Shown: one piece after another, positions 56,656 to 64,000 of the stretch
Layout: every line of letters starts with the position of its first letter
Position numbering within the stretch: the first letter of the stretch is position 1
NCBI GenBank assembly: GCA_031458695.1
Contig: JAVKJW010000007.1
Location: 1-64,000, forward strand
Length of the DNA: 64,000 nt
Direction: 5' to 3'
Source of the DNA: Candidatus Thermofontivivens primus
GTDB lineage: Bacteria > Sysuimicrobiota > Sysuimicrobiia > Sysuimicrobiales > Thermofontiviventaceae
Notes under the pieces: generated by a model
The model's input: the letters and a program-made list of their open reading frames with translations, nothing else
Told to the model about the DNA's origin: nothing
Database searches by the model: none
Made by a program: the position numbers and the translations under genes

Positions 56656-57470
56656 TAATTTCCAGAAATAACAGACGCCGGGGGAATCCCCAGAATAAGG
56701 CAAAAGCAGCAGGGACTCTCGAGAAGGGTCTTGCTCTCCTCGAGTGGCTATCTCGGGGGAAAGGCGAGTTCACCCTTATGCATCTCGCAAACGCTGTGAG
56801 TCTTCCTCCTAGCACCACACATCGTATTCTTGCTGCGCTCGGCAGATTGGGTTACGTTGAGCAGGATCAAGAGACAAGGCACTATCGGTTGGGACACAAG
56901 GCAGTAGGATTCGCCGCCTCCATCCTTCAGCAAATAGACATGCTCCGGGAGGCTCGCTCTCTACTGCAGAACTTCGTATCAAAAACAGGGGAAAGTATTA
57001 CATTGGCGACTTTGGAGGATAAAGAAGTCCTCGTCATTGAGAAGGTCGAAGTATTTGACCGTCCGCGGCTGTTCCTGCACATCGGGAGACGCGCACCTGT
57101 GCATTCTACAGCCCTTGGGAAAGTTCTCCTTGCAGGTCTCCCAGACCGTGAGGTTCTCAACATTCTCAGGCGTACAGGAATGCCACGCCTGACGCCAAAT
57201 ACCATAGTTTCCCCCAAGCAGTTCCTTCATCACCTCCGCCGAGTCCGCCAGTTAGGATATGCCATAGACGACGAGGAGACTGTCTTAGGCGCAAGGTGCC
57301 TCGCTGTCCCGGTTTATAACCATCTTGGTCGTGTAATTGGCGCACTGAGCTCATCTGGCCCGACGAGCATATGGACTGATAGATATATGAAAACGGTTCT
57401 TAGGCCCCTTCGAAATGTAGCTCATGAATTGTCGGTTCGCCTTGGATATTCGCCGTGGGTCAATCAATAA
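56649..57470 (+). CDS. IclR family transcriptional regulator
   Basis: LPPSTTHRIL, HSTALGKVLL, GYAIDDEE, CLAVPV. Confidence 0.93.
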   Translation: MELISRNNRRRGNPQNKAKAAGTLEKGLALLEWLSRGKGEFTLMHLANAVSLPPSTTHRILAALGRLGYVEQDQETRHYRLGHKAVGFAASILQQIDMLREARSLLQNFVSKTGESITLATLEDKEVLVIEKVEVFDRPRLFLHIGRRAPVHSTALGKVLLAGLPDREVLNILRRTGMPRLTPNTIVSPKQFLHHLRRVRQLGYAIDDEETVLGARCLAVPVYNHLGRVIGALSSSGPTSIWTDRYMKTVLRPLRNVAHELSVRLGYSPWVNQ

Positions 57471-57503
57471 AGCGTGTGGCCTATAGAAAGGAGGGAAAAA
57501 ACA

Positions 57504-58556
57504 ATGCGTGGGAAAAGACGAATGAGTTACGTTCTGACCGTTCTGATGCTCGGCCTCTTTGTGCTCCCTGTGTTTTCCGCGCCACCAAAGGTGAAGCTCA
57601 CAATGTTCATTTGGGCAGGCGCAAACCAAGGGGTAGTTCCACGGGAGGTTGTTCGACAGTATTTGCGCACCCATCCAAACGTAGAAATTGAATTCTGGGA
57701 ATCTAACAATACCATTACTTATCCCAAGATGGTAGCGGCTAAACAAGCGAATCCGAACAATCCCCTCATCCATTTTGGGTTCTTCAACATCGATGCAAGC
57801 AACCGTGGTGACGTAGACGACATGTGGCTTCCTCTCGACGAGAAGAAGATCCCGAATATGCGTTTTGTACATCCGAGTCTACGTCGTCCCGGGAATCATG
57901 GAATAGGCTATGGTATCAGCGCCATGGGTTTAATGTATAATAAGAACTTAGTGCAAGAGCCACCAAACTCCTGGAGTGCACTTTGGGATCCGAAGTGGCG
58001 AGGAAAAGTTACCTTCTTCGATAACAACTTCATCCCTCTTGTCCTGGCGGCTCGCTTAAATGGAGGGAGCGAAAAGAACATCGATCCAGGATTTAAGGTC
58101 TGGTCAGAGAATGCCAAGAACATTCGGGCCCTTGTGACGAGCAACGATCAACTTAAGAACCTTCTCGTGAGTGGAGAGGCACTCATAGCGCCTTGGTTTA
58201 CGAGTATATGGAAGTTCTGGGAGCTGGAGGGAGCACCGCTTGGCTTCATCAATCCTAAAGAAGGTGTAGTCGCGTTTCCTATCTACCTCCAAATCGTGAA
58301 AGGTAGCACTCCAGAGCAGATCCGGATCGCAGAGGAGATTATCAACGAACTGCTGGCTCCCGAGAATAACGCGCGATACGCTCGCCTGACATTCGGAATT
58401 CCTTCTGTGAAAGGAGCGCAAATTGCAGAAAGTGTCCGGCAGATTCTTAACCCAAAGCTTCTGGATACTGCCATATGGCTGGATTGGGCAACGATGGCCC
58501 AAAGGGCCAGCGAGTGGCGCCAACGGTGGGAGCGCGAAGTAAAATCCAGAATGTAG
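57504..58556 (+). CDS. PotD/PotF-like extracellular solute-binding protein
   Basis: Signal peptide, KIPN, GLMYN, PPNSWSALWDP, PKEG. Confidence 0.85.
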   Translation: MRGKRRMSYVLTVLMLGLFVLPVFSAPPKVKLTMFIWAGANQGVVPREVVRQYLRTHPNVEIEFWESNNTITYPKMVAAKQANPNNPLIHFGFFNIDASNRGDVDDMWLPLDEKKIPNMRFVHPSLRRPGNHGIGYGISAMGLMYNKNLVQEPPNSWSALWDPKWRGKVTFFDNNFIPLVLAARLNGGSEKNIDPGFKVWSENAKNIRALVTSNDQLKNLLVSGEALIAPWFTSIWKFWELEGAPLGFINPKEGVVAFPIYLQIVKGSTPEQIRIAEEIINELLAPENNARYARLTFGIPSVKGAQIAESVRQILNPKLLDTAIWLDWATMAQRASEWRQRWEREVKSRM

Positions 58557-58575
58557 AGGAGCTTCTGAGGGATTC

Positions 58576-59739
58576 ATGCTGGCCACATCAAACCAAGAAG
58601 TCGAAGTCCAACTCGTCGAGGTTACAAAACGCTTCGGAGATGTGACAGCGGTAGAATCTGTCTCATTCACGGTACACAAGGGAGAATTCTTCTCTCTTCT
58701 GGGGCCGTCAGGATGCGGAAAGACCACTACTCTCCGACTCATCGGAGGATTTGAGTTTCCCGATACGGGAGAAGTATACTTGAACGGCCGCCCGATGGGG
58801 AGGATTCCTCCAAACCGGCGTGAGACAAATATGGTGTTCCAGCGTCTTGCGCTTTTTCCTCACTACTCTGTGTTCGAGAATGTCGCGTTCGGGCTACGAA
58901 TGAAAAGAGTCCCTGAGGCAGAGATACGCCGTCGGGTCACAACTGTATTAGAGATGGTCCAGATGAGCGGTTTCGAAACCCGACGAATTACAGAGCTCTC
59001 GGGTGGCCAACAACAGCGCGTTGCGCTTGCGCGCGCGCTGGTGAATAATCCCCGGGTTCTCCTCCTGGATGAGCCCCTTAGCTCGTTGGACCTCAAGCTC
59101 CGGCTTCAGATGCAAGAGGAATTAAAACGCTTGCAGCGGGATCTCGGAACCACCTTTATCTACGTCACGCACGACCAGGGGGAAGCTCTTGCCATGAGTG
59201 ACCGAATCGGCATCATGAATAACGGCCGGCTCCTCCAGGTTGGCAGTCCTATGGAGATTTACGAGCATCCAAGTACCCCGTTTGTTGCAAGTTTCATCGG
59301 AGACACAAATCTGATTCAAGGATCCGTCGATTTTGTAGATGAAGAGGTGACAGCCATCACCGCTTCGGGATTACACCTCCTGGTCAAGCGTGCTGGCTGG
59401 GAGACCCCAGGGGATCAAGTTTATGTGTGCATACGTCCAGAGAGGATCCTGATGAACAGCGACCGTGAAACCGGCAATGTCCTCCACGGAAAAATCCAGG
59501 AACGTCTTTTTAAAGGGCACTTCGTGCAGTACCGCATTCACGTGGGGCCTTTCACCCTACAAACCACAATTCCCTATGGAGGCAGTAACCGCATCTTCGG
59601 AATGGGCGAAGAAGTTACAATCTCTTGGGATCCGCACCAAGCAGTTCTCCTTCAAGCTGATGAAGAGGGGAGGAACTTTGATGGATACTCTCCAAGTCGC
59701 AGGGATGAGCGTGCCGAGAGGACAGCGAGCACTCGGTGA
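58576..59739 (+). CDS. PotA-like ABC ATP-binding protein
   Basis: GPSGCGKTT, LSGGQQQRVALARAL, LLDEPL, TOBE. Confidence 0.92.
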   Translation: MLATSNQEVEVQLVEVTKRFGDVTAVESVSFTVHKGEFFSLLGPSGCGKTTTLRLIGGFEFPDTGEVYLNGRPMGRIPPNRRETNMVFQRLALFPHYSVFENVAFGLRMKRVPEAEIRRRVTTVLEMVQMSGFETRRITELSGGQQQRVALARALVNNPRVLLLDEPLSSLDLKLRLQMQEELKRLQRDLGTTFIYVTHDQGEALAMSDRIGIMNNGRLLQVGSPMEIYEHPSTPFVASFIGDTNLIQGSVDFVDEEVTAITASGLHLLVKRAGWETPGDQVYVCIRPERILMNSDRETGNVLHGKIQERLFKGHFVQYRIHVGPFTLQTTIPYGGSNRIFGMGEEVTISWDPHQAVLLQADEEGRNFDGYSPSRRDERAERTASTR

Positions 59740-60667
59740 GGTTCTCGCCGGAGAGCTCCCGGATGGAAGTCCCATTAAGATTCCGCTCATCGTGCTCAAT
59801 GGCAGGCAGGAGGGACCAGTCCTCTGGCTGGGGGCTGGTCTCCATGGTACAGAAATTCCAGGTATGGAGGTTATCCGGCGAGTCTGCCGAGAGATTGTTG
59901 ACCCACAAAGCCTCCGAGGGTCCATCATTGCCTCACCCCTCCTGAATCCTTTTAGTTTCCACCAACACCATATGCTGACTCCCCAGGATGGCTATAATCT
60001 GAACCGAGTCTTTCCAGGCGATCCTACTATGCTTCTGAGTCACCGGCTGGCATCCCTCATAACTCGACTGGCCGAATCATGCGACGTTTACATCGATTTT
60101 CACGCCAATCCTTCACCTGCCCTTCAATTCACGATCATCAAGCACCCAGGGGATGATGATCTCTGGAGGAAGTGCCAGTTGCTTGCGGAAGCTTTCGGGA
60201 TCACGACAATCGAAATGAAACAAATGCATGAGCGCCACAGGACAGGGACCTTCACGGATTACGTCCAACTAGACCGTCGTAAACCATGTCTCGTGGTAGA
60301 ACTCATCGCATGGAGGCGGTTCGATCCTCTCTCGATCCGCACAGGGATACGAGGAACTCTCAACGTTCTTAAGCACTTAGGGATGATCGATGGGGAAATT
60401 GAACCTCAGGAGGATGTCCCTATCATCCCCGGGAGGCTCTCCAGGATTGAGCTCACTGCTAACCGGGGTGGACTTGTCCATCCTCTACGGCTTCCAGGAG
60501 ATCCGGTGCGGAAAGGGGAGACGATAGCGTTGATCCGCAATCCATGGGGCGACGTGGTAGAGGAAGTTCTCGCACCCATCCATGGATGGATCCTTGCTTG
60601 GCCGCTCCTTGGTAACCAAGCTGTCGCCACTGGGGACATTCTTGTGTTCATAGCCTTCCCTCAATGA
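59681..60667 (+). CDS. Succinylglutamate desuccinylase/aspartoacylase family deacylase
   Basis: HGTE zinc motif, NLNRVFPG, DFH, C-terminal biotinyl-like hairpin. Confidence 0.88.
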   Translation: MDTLQVAGMSVPRGQRALGEVLAGELPDGSPIKIPLIVLNGRQEGPVLWLGAGLHGTEIPGMEVIRRVCREIVDPQSLRGSIIASPLLNPFSFHQHHMLTPQDGYNLNRVFPGDPTMLLSHRLASLITRLAESCDVYIDFHANPSPALQFTIIKHPGDDDLWRKCQLLAEAFGITTIEMKQMHERHRTGTFTDYVQLDRRKPCLVVELIAWRRFDPLSIRTGIRGTLNVLKHLGMIDGEIEPQEDVPIIPGRLSRIELTANRGGLVHPLRLPGDPVRKGETIALIRNPWGDVVEEVLAPIHGWILAWPLLGNQAVATGDILVFIAFPQ

Positions 60668-61512
60668 GAATCCAAGGTCTTCTCGCAGTTTGGTTTCTAG
60701 CCCCCGCATTGGGAATTATGACGATCTTTTACTTGATCCCCCTGGGTGTTTATCTTCTGAATGGTTTCCATTTGTTTCAGAGCGGGAAAATCGTCCCAAT
60801 ATGGACTCTCCGTACGTTTGGTTCCTTCTTTCAAGATCCCTTTTCCTACCGCGTGATTGGCACATCCCTCAGCCTCTCCACCGTCGTTACGCTCCTGGAT
60901 GTTGCTTTGGGTTACCCAATTGCATACGCGCTACATACGAGGGTCAAGTCTCCCGGTATACGTGCGTTGATCGGGTTGCTGCTCTTCTCTCCCCTTCTGG
61001 TTAGCGTCGTAGTCCGGACTTATGGATGGTTCATCCTCCTTGCCAACCAAGGTCTCATTAACGCGTTACTTAAAAATGCCGGGATTATATCACAACCTCT
61101 CCCCCTTCTGTTCAATACGTGGGGAGTCATCATCAGTTTGGCCCATATTCTCCTACCGTTTTCTATTTTCCCGATTTACAGCATCATGACACGCATGGAC
61201 CCTACCCTCAAAGAGGCGGCGAGAGATCTTGGGGCTAACTGGTGGAAAGCTTTCACCCAAATTACCCTCCCCTTAACTATGCCAGGAGTTATAACTGCAA
61301 TACTCATTTGCTTTACGTTAGCCTTAAGTGCTTTCGTGACTCCACAACTCCTGGGGGGAGGCCGCATTCAAGTCCTCCCATTGACTGTCTATAACAACAC
61401 AGTAGAAATTAATTGGCCGACAGGTGCCGTAGCCGGATTTACACTCCTTCTCCTTTCGATCACGGCTATCTGGATCATTAACGCGATCCTTCGGCGATTA
61501 CCTAGCATATGA
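60664..61512 (+). CDS. PotB-like ABC permease
   Basis: VVRTYGW, EAARDLGA, FVTPQLLGG. Confidence 0.92.
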   Translation: MRIQGLLAVWFLAPALGIMTIFYLIPLGVYLLNGFHLFQSGKIVPIWTLRTFGSFFQDPFSYRVIGTSLSLSTVVTLLDVALGYPIAYALHTRVKSPGIRALIGLLLFSPLLVSVVVRTYGWFILLANQGLINALLKNAGIISQPLPLLFNTWGVIISLAHILLPFSIFPIYSIMTRMDPTLKEAARDLGANWWKAFTQITLPLTMPGVITAILICFTLALSAFVTPQLLGGGRIQVLPLTVYNNTVEINWPTGAVAGFTLLLLSITAIWIINAILRRLPSI

Positions 61513-62381
61513 ATACCATACGACGTGAAAGATACCTGGAGAGCTACGAAGAAAGGAGCGAGATTTTTAGAACCGCGCTCCTCAGAGCAACTCTTGCATT
61601 TGGAACAGGGTTCATCCTTCTTCCTTTGATGATCGTCGCTATCTACTCCTTCAGCGAAGTAGCATATGGGATCTTTCCCCCTCCGGGGTTCTCGACGAAA
61701 TGGTACGCTCACCTTTTCGCTCAGGCGACATTCCGAGGAGCGTTTTTCCGGAGTGTGGGCATTGGAATTTCGGCCACGACGATCGCGTTGTTGGTAGGTT
61801 TCCCCACATCCCTCGCACTTGCTCGCACTCGCCTCGCAGCTGGGAATTTTCTCCGGGCCTTCATTCTCTCACCAATCGTGATTCCAAAAATTGTTCTCGG
61901 GGTGGGATGGTTTATTTTCTTTGCTCGGATCAGCCTCATTGGAGGGTGGATTCCGCTCATTCTTGCTCATACGGTCATCGTGCTCCCATTCGTTGTAGCC
62001 ATTCTTACTGCTAATCTCTCCGGCCTTGACCCTACGATCGAAGAAGCAGCCCAGGACCTCGGAGCAGGCTTCGTAAAGGTTCTTTGGTACGTTATCCTCC
62101 CCCAGATCAAATCTGGAGTGATAATCAGTGCTCTCCTGGCTTTCATCGTCTCCTTCGACCAGGTCGAGAGTTCGATTTTCCTCGTTCGTGGTGAAAACAA
62201 CACCCTTCCGATTGAGATGTTCCTGTATATGGAAAAATGGCAAGATCCTACGATCGCAGCCCTGTCGACACTCCTCATAGGATTTGCAGCGGTTATAACA
62301 TGCGCTACCGTTGCAATCAGCCGTGGGATTGACCTTTCAAATCTTCTCCCGACGTTGGGAGGGAAGAAATCCACCAGGTAA
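61509..62381 (+). CDS. PotC-like ABC permease
   Basis: GFSTKWY, EEAAQDLGA, SFD. Confidence 0.92.
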   Translation: MNTIRRERYLESYEERSEIFRTALLRATLAFGTGFILLPLMIVAIYSFSEVAYGIFPPPGFSTKWYAHLFAQATFRGAFFRSVGIGISATTIALLVGFPTSLALARTRLAAGNFLRAFILSPIVIPKIVLGVGWFIFFARISLIGGWIPLILAHTVIVLPFVVAILTANLSGLDPTIEEAAQDLGAGFVKVLWYVILPQIKSGVIISALLAFIVSFDQVESSIFLVRGENNTLPIEMFLYMEKWQDPTIAALSTLLIGFAAVITCATVAISRGIDLSNLLPTLGGKKSTR

Positions 62382-62495
62382 CAGAAGGTACGCACGATCG
62401 AGAATGGCAGATGACACTTGCTAGCTTGACAAGGAATAAGCCTAACATATACGATTGACATCGGGTATATACTTCCTCTCCAGGAGGTGCCGCCA

Positions 62496-64000
62496 ATGGC
62501 CCGTTGGTTCGTTGTGGTGGTCGTCCTTCTTCTGTTGTCCACCCTGATCCCAGCTTCAGTGATGCATGCTCAACCCAAGCCAGGTGGCGAGCTCGTATTC
62601 GCGGCGACAGAAGAACCCGATACGCTAGATCCACAGAAGACCGGAACCGCGATTACGGGTCTTCTGATGCGCTACCTGGGTGATACCCTAGTCACCAAAG
62701 ACCTCAAAGGGAACTACATCCCGCACCTTGCGAAGTCGTGGACTATCTCCGGCGATGGACTTACGTGGACCTTCCAACTACGAAGCGGGGTAAAGTTCCA
62801 TGACGGAACGCCTTTTAATGCACGCGCTGTGAAATTCACCATCGAGCGCGCTCTTGCTCCAGAGACCAAGTCTCCGATCGCGGGAGCGTTGTTCGGCCCA
62901 GTGGCTAGTGTGGAGGCAGTTGGTGATCTGACGGTTGTGATCAAGCTGAAAGAGCCCTTTTCACCTTTCCTGGATAACTTAACCGATCCCCGGGCTATGA
63001 TCATCAGCCCTCAAGCTGTACAGAGGCTCGGAGATCAGTTCGGAAGGGCACCTGTGGGGACAGGTCCTTTCAAGTTCCAGGAGTGGCGCAGCGCAGATCG
63101 TATCATATTCGTTCGCAACCCTGATTACCAATGGGCACCTAGTTATGCCCACCAGGGCCCACCGTTCGTCGATCGCATCGTGGTTAGGATTATGCCGGAA
63201 TCTGCGGCGCAGGTCGCGGCGTTCGAGCGTGGTGAACTTTCCGTCTTGCTTGCCGTACCCCCTACCGACGTACGTCGCCTCCAAGCGACGCAGAAGTATA
63301 CTTTCTTCTCGTTCCTCCGCAAAGGCGTAGGATTATTTATGGAGTTCAATATAACAAAGGAACCCTTCTCTGATCTGAGAGTTCGCCGTGCTTTCAACTA
63401 TGCCGTTGAGAAGAAACTTGTTCTGAACATCGCACTCGAAGGCCTTGGTGAGGTTGCGTACGGCCCGCTTCCACCCTCGATCTGGGGTTACTGGGACGGA
63501 GTCAAAGACTATGCACCTCGTTTCGACCCCGGAGAGGCAAGGCGGTTGCTTGCTGAAGCAGGCTGGCAGAGGGGTCAGAGCGGTTTCCTGGAAAAAGATG
63601 GCAAACCCTTCAAGTTTGTCCTTTACATAGCTCCTATCGACACCTGGCGGCGTTCGGCTCAAGTAGTCCAGGCCCAACTCAAGACATACGGCATCCAAAT
63701 GGAGATCCAAACGTTTGAGTTCGGTACCCTGCTCAGCAAGCTCAGGGCCGGTGAGCATCAGGCCGAGTTCATGGGATATACATACACGTCCCCAGACATC
63801 TTCTACCTCTGGTTCCACTCCTCCAATATTGGGAAGGGCCTCAACTTCAGCCATTTCAAAGACACAAAACTGGATGAGTTGATCGAGGCATCGCGCAAGG
63901 AAATGAACCAAACCCGCCGTCTGCGGATCTACAGGGATATCCAAAAGTACATCATAGACAAAGCGCTTTGGGTACCTCTGTGGATTAACCATTTCTATAT
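62496..64000 (+). CDS. Peptide/nickel ABC substrate-binding protein, family 5 (3' end runs off the window)
   Basis: Not in the ORF track. Manual translation MARWFVVVVVLLLLSTL...EPDTLDP...GVKFHDGTPFNA...PVGTGPFKF; AGGAGGT RBS. Confidence 0.92.
   Translation, partial: MARWFVVVVVLLLLSTLIPASVMHAQPKPGGELVFAATEEPDTLDPQKTGTAITGLLMRYLGDTLVTKDLKGNYIPHLAKSWTISGDGLTWTFQLRSGVKFHDGTPFNARAVKFTIERALAPETKSPIAGALFGPVASVEAVGDLTVVIKLKEPFSPFLDNLTDPRAMIISPQAVQRLGDQFGRAPVGTGPFKFQEWRSADRIIFVRNPDYQWAPSYAHQGPPFVDRIVVRIMPESAAQVAAFERGELSVLLAVPPTDVRRLQATQKYTFFSFLRKGVGLFMEFNITKEPFSDLRVRRAFNYAVEKKLVLNIALEGLGEVAYGPLPPSIWGYWDGVKDYAPRFDPGEARRLLAEAGWQRGQSGFLEKDGKPFKFVLYIAPIDTWRRSAQVVQAQLKTYGIQMEIQTFEFGTLLSKLRAGEHQAEFMGYTYTSPDIFYLWFHSSNIGKGLNFSHFKDTKLDELIEASRKEMNQTRRLRIYRDIQKYIIDKALWVPLWINHFY

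Noticed and set aside
1..64000. CRISPR arrays, tRNA/rRNA genes, IS elements, prophage
   Set aside because: No regularly spaced repeats, T-loop/cloverleaf patterns, transposase, integrase or phage structural ORFs were recognised by eye

Overview
GC-rich bacterial chromosomal window, probably from a thermophile (it carries a branched-chain polyamine synthase, BpsA). No rRNA, tRNA, CRISPR array, transposase or prophage gene was recognised. Left to right: (1) IclR-controlled catabolic locus (racemase, flavoprotein, divergent MmgE/PrpD); (2) yjjX and sfsA; (3) type IV pilus cluster with apparent PilM-N and PilO-P fusions, an AT-rich major pilin, an MshEN-type PilB and an O-antigen-ligase-like gene, divergent from a HAMP-GAF-PAS-GGDEF-EAL gene; (4) NitT/TauT-type ABC transporter behind an IscR/Rrf2-like box and a CxC uORF; (5) split LysO; (6) GntR-APC-peptide ABC-amidase operon and panE; (7) recD2-mutY, an eroded HEPN toxin remnant and a ChdC/HemQ-like gene; (8) Crp/Fnr-driven hemerythrin/DUF2249/DUF1858/DUF488/membrane-protein operon; (9) MBL hydrolase, fused trehalose TPS/TPP, and bpsA with a structured leader; (10) IclR-ABC-CoA transferase-citryl-CoA lyase-like-PrpD cluster with a divergent MaoC dehydratase; (11) DUF433/DUF5615 TA pair; (12) a visibly more AT-rich IclR/Pot-like ABC/deacylase block and a truncated peptide-binding protein gene. 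The best novelty candidates are the bpsA leader, the Cys/Fe-S-type control region of the CxxxxC ABC transporter, the Crp/Fnr-hemerythrin operon, the compressed c-di-GMP-linked pilus system and two unassigned carboxylate catabolic pathways. All family calls come from motif recognition by eye, not database searches.
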